A stretch of DNA of 64,000 nucleotides from Peptococcaceae bacterium (GCA_012839895.1 DUML01000082.1:11255-75254), one strand, 5' to 3'. Shown: positions 43,426 to 52,938, numbered from the stretch's first letter. Made by a program: numbers and translations. Notes: generated by a model not told the origin, from the sequence alone.

Positions 43426-43530
43426 TTTATCTTTCTTTTTTTTCTTCGTCTGGGGAAGACCCATTTCTTGGGCAACTTCGTATTTAAGATTTTCCATTTC
43501 TTTCATTTTATCTTTATTTTTTTTCGCCAT
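43426..43530 (-). CDS. Unannotated 34-aa basic protein with the alpha/beta-SASP N-terminal helix / GPR-site-like motif
   Basis: My translation is MAKKNKDKMKEMENLKYEVAQEMGLPQTKKKKER. ATG 43530 lies 7 nt after AGGAGG (43538-43542). It falls below the 60-aa ORF-track cutoff. LKYEVAQEMG parallels LKYEVSKELG / KFEIANELG in the SASP at 2253-2600. Confidence 0.55.
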
Positions 43531-43558
43531 GAAACTACCTCCTAATCATGTCTAGGAA

Positions 43559-43588
43559 ATAGTATCAACAAAGGCTTAGAAAAAATAC
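43559..43588 (-). promoter_or_regulatory. Possible forespore (sigma-G/F-like) promoter for the 34-aa ORF
   Basis: Minus strand GTATT (43584-43588), 17 nt, GATACTAT (43559-43566). My recollection of the sigma-G consensus is GHATR-17/18-CAHWHTAH, giving 4/5 and 7/8 matches. Consensus recalled from memory. Confidence 0.3.
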
Positions 43589-43641
43589 CAGTTAATTAGT
43601 GGTAATAATAACCTGACAATTTTTAACCTGATAGTTTACTT

Positions 43642-46044
43642 TTAATTAAGGCCAATTTCAGCCCTGGGATATATCTTCTCCACTTCCCGGTAGAGTTTCT
43701 CGTATTTAGCGGGACAAGCTAAAGCTTTTTGCAGCAGTCGGTAAGCTTTTTCAATTAGGAGGGCATCCTTTGTTAAATCAGTAAGTTTTAATTCTGGAAT
43801 ACCATGTTGGCGAAGCCCCAACAATTCTCCCGGCCCTCTAATTTTTAAGTCCTCTTCGGCAATTCGAAAGCCGTCTTCAGTCTCACAGAGGATATTTAGG
43901 CGGGCGCTGTCCCGAACATCACTTATCAGAATACAATAACCCTGGTGCTCTCCCCGGCCGACCCTGCCTCGGAGCTGATGCAGTTGAGCTAGCCCAAAAC
44001 GTTGGGCTTCCTCAATAACCATTACAGTAGCGTTGGGAACATTAACACCTACTTCCACAACCGTGGTGGCTACTAAGATGTCGATTTCTCCCTCTCGGAA
44101 AGCACTCATTATCTGCTCTTTTTCTTGACCTTTCATTCTACCATGCAGCAAAACTACCTTCTTTGCTGGGAAACGGGCTTGGAGTTTTTCCGCTGTCTCT
44201 GCAGCTGAAACTAAATCCGACTTTTCCGTTTCCTCTACTAAAGGACACACTACATAGATTTGTCTCCCGGCTGCCATTTGCTGATGAAGGAATTTTTCCA
44301 AGCTTGGTCGGTTACGTTCCGATATTTTTTTGGTAATAACGGGTTTTCGCCCCTCTGGCTTTTCATTTAAGACTGATAGCTGTAAGTCCCCGTATAATGT
44401 AAGGGCTAAAGTACGGGGAATAGGTGTGGCAGTCATAACCAAGACATGAGGGTTCTCCCCCTTATCTTCCAGGAGGGTTCTTTGCCGGACTCCAAAGCGG
44501 TGTTGTTCATCTGTTACCACTAACCCCAAGGAATTAAATTGGACTGTCTCCTGTATCAAGGCATGGGTTCCGACAATGACTTGAGCTTTCCCGCTTAAGA
44601 TTTGCCCCAGGATTTTTTCCCTTTCCCCTTTGCTTTGACTTCCCACCAGAAGAACCACTTTAACCCCTAGCGGTTTAAAGGCCAGGTTTAAGGACTCATA
44701 ATGCTGCTGAGCCAAAATTTCGGTGGGAGCCATCATTGCCGCCTGCCAGCCTGAACCTACAGCTTGCAAAATAGCTGCCATAGCCACAACAGTTTTGCCT
44801 GAACCCACATCACCTTGCAGTAAGCGAGTCATTCTCTTTTGACCGTTGGCCAAATCTTGGAAAATTTCCCGGATAACTCTTTTTTGGGCTTGGGTGAGTT
44901 TAAAAGGCAAAGTGTTAACAAATTTCTTTACTAATTCTCCCCCTTGATTTAAAACCGGACTTTCTTCCTGGTGCCGGGGACTACGCAATTGAGCCAAAGC
45001 CAATTGCAAAAAAAGAATTTCATCGATCACCAGTCTGGCCCGGGCTTTTTCCAAGCTTTCCATTGAAGAAGGAAAATGAATTTCCCGGTAAGCCAAGGTA
45101 CGGCTTAAAAGATTTTCTTCCTCCTCCGGTAAATAGTCCGGAAAGAGGAAATCAACTTGAGGCAAGACTTCCTTTATAATTCGCCGGATGGTTTTAGAGT
45201 TAAGACCGGCTGTTTCCGGATAGACCGGCACTATCTCCTCAACCGGGGCACTGGCCGGTCCTTTGCTTATCTCACTGGCTAAAAGTTCAGGAACTTTTCC
45301 CTTCCATTGCACTTTGCCTGTAACCACTACCTCCGTCCCCGGAGGGTACTGTCTGGCAATATACTCTTGATTAAACCAGACAGCGTGAATACTCCTGTTC
45401 TCTTGTTCAATATTTAATTTAATAACTTTTATTCGTCCCCTGCTAACCTGGCAACCGGTAACACGTCCGTTAATAGTGGCTAATTCCCCATCCTTGAGGT
45501 CTTGGATTTTTCTCTGAATCCTAAATTCGTAACGCCTGGGAAAATGGTTTAAGAGATCACGGACTGTATGGATACCCAAATTTTCCAGCTGTTTAGCCCT
45601 TTGCGGTCCGACTCCTTTAAGGTAGCGCAAATTTTGGGAACCTACAGCTTCCTTTTTAACCTGATAATTAACCGGGTAATCATTCTGAATTTTATTTTCA
45701 CTGACAAAGCTTTCTTTAGCTTTGTTAACATTATTAGCATTGTTTTTTGTTATTCTATCTTCAACCTTATTCTCCGTCGGCTTATCTTCATCCCAATTTT
45801 CCTCTTCAATCTGAAGCAATTTTTGTAGTTGGGCCAACAAACCTCGCCTTTTATAAGGACTGGCTTCACTGTAGTCCCTGGCCAGACTCGTCATTTTTTC
45901 CCATATTTCAGGAGGAAAAAGACCTTTATCCGCAGCTAAAACTTCCAAGAGATAACTGCTAAAGCTGCCGATTGCCCCTGTATTAATATAGCCTTGTCTT
46001 TCTTCAGCTTTTACAGCCCTTTTCAGGCTTTCAATTCTATTCAT
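43642..46044 (-). CDS. recG: ATP-dependent DNA helicase RecG with an approximately 135-aa N-terminal extension
   Basis: Wedge domain and helicase motifs GDVGSGKT and DEQHRFGV, plus the C-terminal TRG region. The canonical N-terminus (LRYLKGVGPQRAKQLENLGIHTVRDLL) begins only at about residue 139. Confidence 0.93.
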   Translation of the reverse strand: MNRIESLKRAVKAEERQGYINTGAIGSFSSYLLEVLAADKGLFPPEIWEKMTSLARDYSEASPYKRRGLLAQLQKLLQIEEENWDEDKPTENKVEDRITKNNANNVNKAKESFVSENKIQNDYPVNYQVKKEAVGSQNLRYLKGVGPQRAKQLENLGIHTVRDLLNHFPRRYEFRIQRKIQDLKDGELATINGRVTGCQVSRGRIKVIKLNIEQENRSIHAVWFNQEYIARQYPPGTEVVVTGKVQWKGKVPELLASEISKGPASAPVEEIVPVYPETAGLNSKTIRRIIKEVLPQVDFLFPDYLPEEEENLLSRTLAYREIHFPSSMESLEKARARLVIDEILFLQLALAQLRSPRHQEESPVLNQGGELVKKFVNTLPFKLTQAQKRVIREIFQDLANGQKRMTRLLQGDVGSGKTVVAMAAILQAVGSGWQAAMMAPTEILAQQHYESLNLAFKPLGVKVVLLVGSQSKGEREKILGQILSGKAQVIVGTHALIQETVQFNSLGLVVTDEQHRFGVRQRTLLEDKGENPHVLVMTATPIPRTLALTLYGDLQLSVLNEKPEGRKPVITKKISERNRPSLEKFLHQQMAAGRQIYVVCPLVEETEKSDLVSAAETAEKLQARFPAKKVVLLHGRMKGQEKEQIMSAFREGEIDILVATTVVEVGVNVPNATVMVIEEAQRFGLAQLHQLRGRVGRGEHQGYCILISDVRDSARLNILCETEDGFRIAEEDLKIRGPGELLGLRQHGIPELKLTDLTKDALLIEKAYRLLQKALACPAKYEKLYREVEKIYPRAEIGLN

Positions 46045-46124
46045 GGCCTACCACTTTCTCACCCGAATTAACTGCCATTTAAACCATATGCTGCAGAGTA
46101 TTTATATTAATAAAATTACAAAAT

Positions 46125-46994
46125 CTAAAGAATCTGTCCTCTGCTTTTAATGTTTAACGCAGTAGGGGTAACTGCCAATCCCCCCTGGGCAGTTTCTTTT
46201 AAACTGCAGGGCATACTGCGTCCTATGGAAGCCATGGCATCAATAACCTCATCCAATGGGATGGCGCTTTTAATACCGGCCAGAGCCATTTCTGCCGCAG
46301 TTAGAGCGATAACTGCCGCCATGGCATTTCTTTTTACACAAGGCACTTCCACCAAACCGGCCACAGGGTCACATACGAGCCCCAGAAAACTTTTTAAAGC
46401 CAAAGCAGCGGCGTGAGCGGTTGTAGCCGGCAAGCCACCCGCCAATTCAACTGCCGCTGCGGCCGCCATTCCTGCCGCAGAACCGATTTCAGCTTGGCAT
46501 CCTCCTTCAGCCCCGGAAACGCTGGCTCGTTCGGCAATAACCATTCCTAGACCGGCAGCCGTGAATAAAGACATGATAACTTTTTCATCACTGCAACCCA
46601 AAATATCCCGAACTGTAAGCAAAACACCCGGCAACACTCCGCAGGAACCTGCAGTAGGGGCAGCAACAATTCTACCCATCCCGGCGTTAACTTCTGCTAC
46701 AGCTATTGCCCTGGCTGCCGCTTGATTCACTCTCTCCCCCAGGAGGGATTTTTTTTGAATTCGAAAATTCTCCATGAGGGCAGCATCTCCACCTACCAAA
46801 CCGGAAAAAGACTTCCATTTTCCGGTCAAACCGTTAGCGACCGCTTCCTGCATTACGAAATAATTCTGCTGCATTTTTTTTAACAATAATTCTCTGGGTT
46901 GACCGGTGTTCTCGGCCTCTTCGTTTAGAATAATTTCACTAATCGCAGTTTTCTTTTCCAGTGCTTTTTCAATCAACTCCTGATAAGTACGCAT
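46125..46994 (-). CDS. sdaAA: L-serine dehydratase, iron-sulfur-dependent, alpha subunit
   Basis: GGCQAEIGSAAGMAAAAA and VPCVKRNA motifs, paired with the beta subunit upstream. Confidence 0.92.
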   Translation of the reverse strand: MRTYQELIEKALEKKTAISEIILNEEAENTGQPRELLLKKMQQNYFVMQEAVANGLTGKWKSFSGLVGGDAALMENFRIQKKSLLGERVNQAAARAIAVAEVNAGMGRIVAAPTAGSCGVLPGVLLTVRDILGCSDEKVIMSLFTAAGLGMVIAERASVSGAEGGCQAEIGSAAGMAAAAAVELAGGLPATTAHAAALALKSFLGLVCDPVAGLVEVPCVKRNAMAAVIALTAAEMALAGIKSAIPLDEVIDAMASIGRSMPCSLKETAQGGLAVTPTALNIKSRGQIL

Positions 46995-47079
46995 TATCCG
47001 CCTCCCAAAAAACTAGTCAAAAGCTGCTCTGAAATAAATCCATCTTAAGTAACCAACGAAACAAAACTTGGAAAAAATG

Positions 47080-47748
47080 CTAACTTAACGGTTCTATGAA
47101 CATAACCCGTTCTATTTTGGAAAGTTGCTTGATCTTCTCAATAACTTCTGAGATAAGGAGTTCATCTGTTTCGATAATAGCTAAGGCTCTTTTACCTTTT
47201 CCTTCTCTTGCCACTCTCATTTGAGCAATATTAATACCGGCCTGAGCCAGGATTTTGGTTATTTCCGCTATCATACCTGGGGAATCAGCATAAAGGAGGA
47301 TTAAAGTTGGATACTCACCCGTAAATTCTACGGTAAATTCGTCCACTTCCGTAATTACTATCCGGCCTCCGCCAATGGATGCGCCCCTTATCACAGCCTT
47401 TTCCTTATTATTCCCCGTCAAATAAAATTTAACGGAATTAGGATGAACCTCCCCCAGATTAACATTCTCAAAGATAATATTCATACCGGCTTCTTCAGCC
47501 AGTTTTGGGGCAAACCTGATTCTCTCGTCATCCGGTTGCATCCCTAACAGCCCGGCAGTTAAAGCCAAATGAGTACCATGGCCCTTCCCTGTCTCAGCAA
47601 AAGAGCCGTGCAACAAGATGCGGGCTTCTTGCGGTTTTCCCCCGAGCACTTTCCGCGCCATTAATCCCAAACGAACCGCTCCGGCCGTATGGGAACTGGA
47701 AGGGCCGACCATGATTGGCCCCAACATATCAAAAACACTGGCTTTCAT
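47080..47748 (-). CDS. sdaAB: L-serine dehydratase, iron-sulfur-dependent, beta subunit
   Basis: SVFDMLGPIMVGPSSSHTAGAVRLG N-terminus and a C-terminal ACT-like domain. Confidence 0.92.
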   Translation of the reverse strand: MKASVFDMLGPIMVGPSSSHTAGAVRLGLMARKVLGGKPQEARILLHGSFAETGKGHGTHLALTAGLLGMQPDDERIRFAPKLAEEAGMNIIFENVNLGEVHPNSVKFYLTGNNKEKAVIRGASIGGGRIVITEVDEFTVEFTGEYPTLILLYADSPGMIAEITKILAQAGINIAQMRVAREGKGKRALAIIETDELLISEVIEKIKQLSKIERVMFIEPLS

Positions 47749-47844
47749 TCTATCACCCTAGGAAATTTCTCTTAAAAATAATCTTCAATCCTGCTTATAT
47801 CCTAAAGCAAAAACTGCTCAGGTGCGCTAAACATATCATTTTGT

Positions 47845-47871
47845 AAAAAACCTCCGGGTTTAAACCGGAGG
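47845..47871 (-). terminator. Rho-independent terminator after yloV
   Basis: cctccgg (47851-57) / ccggagg (47865-71) with A6 at 47845-47850, which is U6 on the minus strand. Confidence 0.85.
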
Positions 47872-47879
47872 AGCCAATT

Positions 47880-49595
47880 TTATTCAACACCTAAGATATA
47901 ATAGTATAAAGGTTGTTTCCCTGCGTAGACTTCAACTTCTACATCCGGTTTCTCGCTTTCCAGCCAATCAGCGAATATTTGGACATCTTCTTCCGCCATA
48001 TCTCTACCATAGAATATTGTAACCAAATCTCTATCGCGCCACTGCATATCTTCCAAAACTTTTTTGGCAACATCAAGAATATCCCTGCCGGTTGTAGTAA
48101 TCTTACCTTCAACCAAGCCTAGAATATCCCCCTCGGAAATCTTCAAATCCCCAAACATGGAATCCCGGACAGCATAAGTTACTTCACCGGAAACTACTTG
48201 GGTTAAAGCCCTGGTCATAGCCTCCTGGTTTTCCTCCGGCAGACAATCGGCATTAAAAGCCAGAAGAGCAGCTATAGCCTGGGGAATGGACTTAGTGGGT
48301 ATAACATAAACCTCTTTTTCAGTGGTGATTTCCCTGACTTGGCTGGCGGCCATAATAATATTCTTGTTGTTAGGCAATAAAAAAACATTTTTTGCCGGGA
48401 CTTGCCTGACCGCCTCAGCTAAATCACTGGTGCTGGGATTCATGGTTTGACCGCCAAATACAATTTGATCGACACCTAAGCTGGTAAAGATTTCGGCTAT
48501 CCCTTCGCCCATAGCGACGGCAACAATTCCATATTCATTAAGCGTTGGCTCGGGATTTGAAGCCGCTTCGACCGGATTATTAACAAGGGAGCCATCCCTT
48601 TCGCTTTTGGATTCTCCGGGATTATTTGTCTCTTTGCTTTTATTAGCATGAGCTGCAGCTTCATTTTGGGCAAGCATATTATGAATTTGCACTTCATGTA
48701 GTGAGCCGTAATTAATGGCGTACTCCAGGATGGCACCGGGGTTTTTGGTATGAATATGAATTTTGACTACTTCCTCAGTACCGACTACTAATAAGCTGTC
48801 TCCTTTGCCGCTCAAATCGTCTTTAATTCTTTCCGGCTTAAGACCTTTACCTTTAACTAAAAACTCCGTGCAATAGGGAAATTCTAAACTTTCTACAGCA
48901 GTAATACCAATTACTGCCGGTTGTGTTTCCTTGACTTCCTCTTCCGGAACCTCGACATCTTTACCTTCAAGGGCTAAAATCCAGCCGTTTATTATAGTCA
49001 AAAAACCCTGCCCGCCGGCATCAACTACACCTGCCTGCTTTAAGACCGGAAGCAATTCCGGGGTTTTGGCTAAAGCTATTTGACCTTTTTCATACCCCGC
49101 TTTCAATACGAGGCTAAGGTCTGTTTCGCCGCTTTTAGCTTTATTATAAGCGCCGCGGGCTAATTCTTTTGAAACTGTGAGGATAGTGCCTTCGACAGGT
49201 CTCATAACAGCTTTATAAGCAGTTTCAACTCCGGTCTGCAAAGCATGGGAGAACTGCAGAGCATTAGCTTCTTTTAGTCCGTCCAAACCTTTGGCAAACC
49301 CCCGCATAATTTGAGAAAGAATAACGCCCGAATTTCCCCTGGCTCCCATCAAAGAACCGGTTGACGCCGCCCCGGCCACTTCGTGGATTGAATTGCCGGC
49401 AACTTTCTCCGCAGCCTGAGATGCCGCCCGAAAGGTCAAATTCATATTGGTGCCGGTATCGCCATCAGGTACCGGAAAGACATTAAGAGCATCTATCTCC
49501 TTTTTATGCAACTCCAAATATCTAGACGCCGATTTAAACATTTGCTTGAGTTTATTACCATCAATCACTGTTTTAGTGTCAGTCACCACTTTCAA
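47880..49595 (-). CDS. yloV: DAK2-domain fusion protein YloV
   Basis: N-terminal Dak phosphatase-like domain (PVPDGDTGTNM) plus a DegV-like C-terminal half. Conserved pairing with Asp23/YloU. Confidence 0.9.
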   Translation of the reverse strand: MKVVTDTKTVIDGNKLKQMFKSASRYLELHKKEIDALNVFPVPDGDTGTNMNLTFRAASQAAEKVAGNSIHEVAGAASTGSLMGARGNSGVILSQIMRGFAKGLDGLKEANALQFSHALQTGVETAYKAVMRPVEGTILTVSKELARGAYNKAKSGETDLSLVLKAGYEKGQIALAKTPELLPVLKQAGVVDAGGQGFLTIINGWILALEGKDVEVPEEEVKETQPAVIGITAVESLEFPYCTEFLVKGKGLKPERIKDDLSGKGDSLLVVGTEEVVKIHIHTKNPGAILEYAINYGSLHEVQIHNMLAQNEAAAHANKSKETNNPGESKSERDGSLVNNPVEAASNPEPTLNEYGIVAVAMGEGIAEIFTSLGVDQIVFGGQTMNPSTSDLAEAVRQVPAKNVFLLPNNKNIIMAASQVREITTEKEVYVIPTKSIPQAIAALLAFNADCLPEENQEAMTRALTQVVSGEVTYAVRDSMFGDLKISEGDILGLVEGKITTTGRDILDVAKKVLEDMQWRDRDLVTIFYGRDMAEEDVQIFADWLESEKPDVEVEVYAGKQPLYYYILGVE

Positions 49596-49649
49596 TTTTT
49601 CCTCCTACTCATCATTAGGTCTGAAGCAATAGAGTGAATTCTTATCCTT

Positions 49650-50006
49650 CTATTCCAAGAATCTTACTCCTTGAACATTGACATTAACTTCTGCAACCTT
49701 AAGACCGGTCATTGTTTCAACAGTGTAACGAACCCTGTCCATAACATTAGCTGCAACTTCGGAAATTTTAGTCCCATAGCCAACAATAATGTTAAGGTCA
49801 ATAATAAGCATATCATCGGTAAAAGTGACAACAACTCCCTTGGACAGGTTTTCTCTTTTTAGTAAACCTGAAACCCCATCAGATATTTTACGGGAAGCCA
49901 TTCCTACCAGTCCATAACATTCTATGGCTGCAGCCCCGGCAATAGTTGCAATTACTTCTTCCGAAATCTCTATTTTCCCCAGTTTGGTTTCCATAAGTTT
50001 TCCCAT
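49650..50006 (-). CDS. Asp23/Gls24-family alkaline shock protein (YloU)
   Basis: IEISEEVIATIAGAAAIECYGLVGM and NVNVQGV are typical of Asp23. SD GTGAGG lies 8 nt upstream. Confidence 0.88.
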   Translation of the reverse strand: MGKLMETKLGKIEISEEVIATIAGAAAIECYGLVGMASRKISDGVSGLLKRENLSKGVVVTFTDDMLIIDLNIIVGYGTKISEVAANVMDRVRYTVETMTGLKVAEVNVNVQGVRFLE

Positions 50007-50169
50007 TTTTGAAACCTCACTTTCCTCTATGAAATAGGGACGATTATTCCATTAGAGAATTAGTAATAATATTTATTTATGAATAGGATAATATACCATA
50101 TAGGTTTTAGTCAAATATCCCCTTATTATTTTGTTAGCCTATTTTAAAAGATAATTAAATTCCGGCCTC

Positions 50170-50198
50170 TTGCCAATTATCGTCACATCTGCTACACT
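50170..50198 (+). promoter_or_regulatory. Candidate sigma-A promoter for rpmB
   Basis: TTGCCA (50170-50175), 17 nt, TACACT (50193-50198). Confidence 0.55.
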
Positions 50199-50236
50199 GT
50201 AATAGTGTCATTTTGGGTGAAAAGGAGGTAGTAATC

Positions 50237-50428
50237 ATGGCTAATGTCTGTGCTATTTGCGGAAAAGGAGTTTCTACAGGAATGAACGTCAGTCACTCCC
50301 ATATTCGCACCAAGCGCACCTGGAAACCGAACCTCCAGCGTGTCCGTGCCGTTATTAACGGTACTCCCACCCATGTCAAGGTTTGCACAAGATGCCTGCG
50401 TTCCGGTAAAGTCCAGCGTGCTATCTAG
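50237..50428 (+). CDS. rpmB: 50S ribosomal protein L28
   Basis: [34 protein letters not shown] is canonical L28. ATG 50237 lies after AAAGGAGG; the ORF-track start 50213 is rejected. Confidence 0.95.
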   Translation: MANVCAICGKGVSTGMNVSHSHIRTKRTWKPNLQRVRAVINGTPTHVKVCTRCLRSGKVQRAI

Positions 50429-50462
50429 TATTGGAAATTCCTTATCTTATCTGACCAACATA

Positions 50463-50495
50463 ACCCCGGTAAAATTTACCGGGGTATTTGCGTTT
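50463..50495 (+). terminator. Rho-independent terminator after rpmB
   Basis: accccggtaaa (50463-73) / tttaccggggt (50475-85) followed by atttgcgttt. Confidence 0.75.
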
Positions 50496-50503
50496 CTCGC
50501 TAT

Positions 50504-51178
50504 TTACTGCTCCTTGGCCCGGAGGACTACCAGGACTATTCCCTCCCGGACAGTAATTGTAACACAATCTTGAGTGAAGACATTGCTTATCCCCCTGGGC
50601 GAATTTTGGAAAAGAGTCAAATCCTTTAATTCATAATATAAACCTTGGGAATTAACTAAAGCTTTCTCGCTTAAAGGCAAAAGAGATAATTCCTGCCCCC
50701 TTTGGCCTGAAATAATTTTAGTACCGGGCATCATAACCCAGGCTTGATAGTTTTTATCAATCATTTTAATAATTCTTTGTTTTTGGCCGTAACCTAACAA
50801 TAGTGCAATATTTCCCAAGAGATGGTCCAATCTTTTCCCTCCGGCAGCATATAAGAGGATCTCATCCTCCTGTCGGCCGTAAGCCTGCAAATAAGTTTCT
50901 GCAAATTCTAGGGCTAACTCTAAGTCTGTCTCATCCTTTTCCTTGGGAAATTTTTTTATTTTTGTATTATTATTCTGGCAAATTTTGAAACTCTCTTCGC
51001 TAATAGAATCCAGGTCACCGATTAAAACATCAGGGATTCTGCCAACCTTTAACGCCAAATCCCCTCCTCCGTCCGCAGCAATAAGAATGTCAATGGGCCT
51101 GTTTCTCAATTCTTCCCGGCCCCATTCCAAATCCCATTCACCATTAGCTATTACTGCCACTTGCATACTGCCCACCAC
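50504..51178 (-). CDS. thiN: Thiamine pyrophosphokinase
   Basis: ILIAADGGGD and VLIGDLDSI motifs plus a C-terminal thiamine-binding domain. ATG 51166 (MQVAVIANG) is the likelier start. Confidence 0.88.
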   Translation of the reverse strand: MVGSMQVAVIANGEWDLEWGREELRNRPIDILIAADGGGDLALKVGRIPDVLIGDLDSISEESFKICQNNNTKIKKFPKEKDETDLELALEFAETYLQAYGRQEDEILLYAAGGKRLDHLLGNIALLLGYGQKQRIIKMIDKNYQAWVMMPGTKIISGQRGQELSLLPLSEKALVNSQGLYYELKDLTLFQNSPRGISNVFTQDCVTITVREGIVLVVLRAKEQ

Positions 51179-51187
51179 CGTAAATTA

Positions 51188-51853
51188 TTATTGTTCTTCT
51201 AAAGCGGCCTGAAGTAGATCATTCATGGCTTTAGCCGGATCAGGTGCCGTAAAAACAGCCGCACCGGCAACTAAAATTTTTGCTCCGGCTTTACTTACCA
51301 ACCTAACAGTATCAAGATTAATCCCTCCGTCCACTTCAATTTTGCACTGGGGATTAATCTCTTTTATTATCCCGGACAAAGCCACTAATTTCGGTAGCAC
51401 TCCCGGAATAAACTTTTGGCCGCCAAATCCGGGGTTAACTGTCATTAATAGCACCATGTCCAATTCCGGTAAAATATAAGTGAGTGTTTCCAGGGGTGTA
51501 GCAGGGTTTAAAGCAACGCCCACCTTTACCCCTAAGGATTTAATCTGTTGAATAAGCCGATGAACATGGCGGGTAGCTTCAATATGCACTGTCAGAATAT
51601 CCGCGCCTGCCTGGGCAAAAGCTTCCACAAATTTTTCTGGGTTTTCAATCATAAGGTGGACATCAAAGGCCATAGAAGATACCTTGCGTAGAGCTTCGAC
51701 CACACCTGGTCCTATTGTTAGATTGGGGACAAAATGTCCGTCCATAATATCAATATGTAGAATATCAGCCCCTGCCTTTTCCACTTTTTTAATATCTTCT
51801 TCCAAACGGGCAAAATTAGCGGAAAGAATAGAAGGGGCAATTGTGATACTCAT
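51188..51853 (-). CDS. rpe: Ribulose-phosphate 3-epimerase
   Basis: IAPSILSANFARLEEDI, HIDIMDGHFVPN and MTVNPGFGGQKF. Confidence 0.95.
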   Translation of the reverse strand: MSITIAPSILSANFARLEEDIKKVEKAGADILHIDIMDGHFVPNLTIGPGVVEALRKVSSMAFDVHLMIENPEKFVEAFAQAGADILTVHIEATRHVHRLIQQIKSLGVKVGVALNPATPLETLTYILPELDMVLLMTVNPGFGGQKFIPGVLPKLVALSGIIKEINPQCKIEVDGGINLDTVRLVSKAGAKILVAGAAVFTAPDPAKAMNDLLQAALEEQ

Positions 51854-51972
51854 TAAAATCCCTCATTTCTAAAAATATCTATACCTTATTTTTTACTATT
51901 TCAAAATAAAAACTGTTCCTTAATTCATTCCTCTTAACTTGTTTTACTTGAAACCTACAAATCTATGAACCT

Positions 51973-52845
51973 TTAAAATCTACGTTCCTTAGCGATTACC
52001 TCCTTGAGGAATTGTAAATAGTGTTCATACCTGAAGCTAAGAATCTTACCCTCCTCTAAAGCTTCTTTCACGGCACAGACCGGTTCTTTGTCATGCAAAC
52101 AACTTGTAAACCTGCAATTACTTTTATATTGTTCAAACTCGGGAAAATAATTCTGCAGTTCCTCTCTTTTCATCTCCGGCAAATAAAGGGCTGAAAACCC
52201 GGGAGTATCCGCAACCCAACCTCCGGCCACAGAAAGGAGTTCAACATGCCTGGTAGTATGTCTACCCCTTCCTATTTTATCACTAACATCTCCGGTTTTC
52301 AGCTTTCTGCCAGGTTCCAGGGAATTTAAAAGGCTGGACTTGCCTGCTCCGGACGGCCCTGCCAGTACCGAAATACGGCCGCATAACAATTCTGGTAACT
52401 CTTTGAGTCCGTAACCGGTTTTGTTGGAAACATTAATAACCCGGTAGCCAATACTTTGGTAATATTCAATGTTTTTATCAGCCAAATCCTCAACCAAGTC
52501 AATTTTAGTAAAAGTAAGGAGCACATCGATACCCGCTTTTGCCACTTGCACCAATAACCTGTCCAAAAGGTTAAAATCCGGATCCGGCGTTTTCCTGGCA
52601 AATACTAAAATTGCCTGATCAACATTGGCCACGCTGGGTCTAGTGAGGGAATTTTTACGCTGAAGCACTTTCTCAATTGTGGCTTTATTGTCTGAACTCG
52701 GAAGAATAATAACTTTGTCACCCGGAAGAAAATCCTGCTTTTGGACACGAAAACGACCGCGTAAGGAGCATTCCCATACCCGGTCATCAGCATAAACATA
52801 ATAAAATCCGGCATATCCTTTTATAAGCGTTCCTTGAATGAGCAT
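51973..52845 (-). CDS. rsgA: Ribosome small-subunit-dependent GTPase A
   Basis: OB fold, circularly permuted GTPase (TKIDL ... GPSGAGKSSLLN), and a C-terminal Zn finger CRFTSCLHDKEPVCAV. Confidence 0.93.
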   Translation of the reverse strand: MLIQGTLIKGYAGFYYVYADDRVWECSLRGRFRVQKQDFLPGDKVIILPSSDNKATIEKVLQRKNSLTRPSVANVDQAILVFARKTPDPDFNLLDRLLVQVAKAGIDVLLTFTKIDLVEDLADKNIEYYQSIGYRVINVSNKTGYGLKELPELLCGRISVLAGPSGAGKSSLLNSLEPGRKLKTGDVSDKIGRGRHTTRHVELLSVAGGWVADTPGFSALYLPEMKREELQNYFPEFEQYKSNCRFTSCLHDKEPVCAVKEALEEGKILSFRYEHYLQFLKEVIAKERRF

Positions 52846-52938
52846 GAATTACTGACTTTCCCCCAATATCTTTCTTCATTAAAAACTATTAGAAACTACC
52901 TCAAATTTGAATTTGTTAAGCTCATATCGCGCCCCGGT

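Noticed and set aside
43150-43555. ORF-track candidates 43150-43353 (-, 67 aa) and 43361-43555 (+, 64 aa)
   Set aside because: The first is Cys/Ser/Arg-rich with no SD, and it coincides with the helix-rich GC island, which is better explained as RNA structure. The second is poly-Phe/Ser, being the antisense of the Lys-rich 34-aa ORF, which has a strong SD and a recognisable motif.
50193-50208. Small inverted repeat acact-gtaat-agtgt overlapping the rpmB -10 region
   Set aside because: Only 5-bp arms, which are expected by chance. No supporting evidence for an L28 autoregulatory structure.
4669-50236. Upstream-extended starts given in the ORF track for ku (4669), rimM (22659), rpsP (23290), rnc (34281), acpP (34690), rpmF (36174), rpmB (50213), fhaA-like (59339) and the SPOUT gene (21210)
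   Set aside because: In each case an internal ATG/GTG/TTG is preceded by a good SD at 4-9 nt and restores the canonical family N-terminus. The longer forms add non-conserved residues or overlap the upstream gene.
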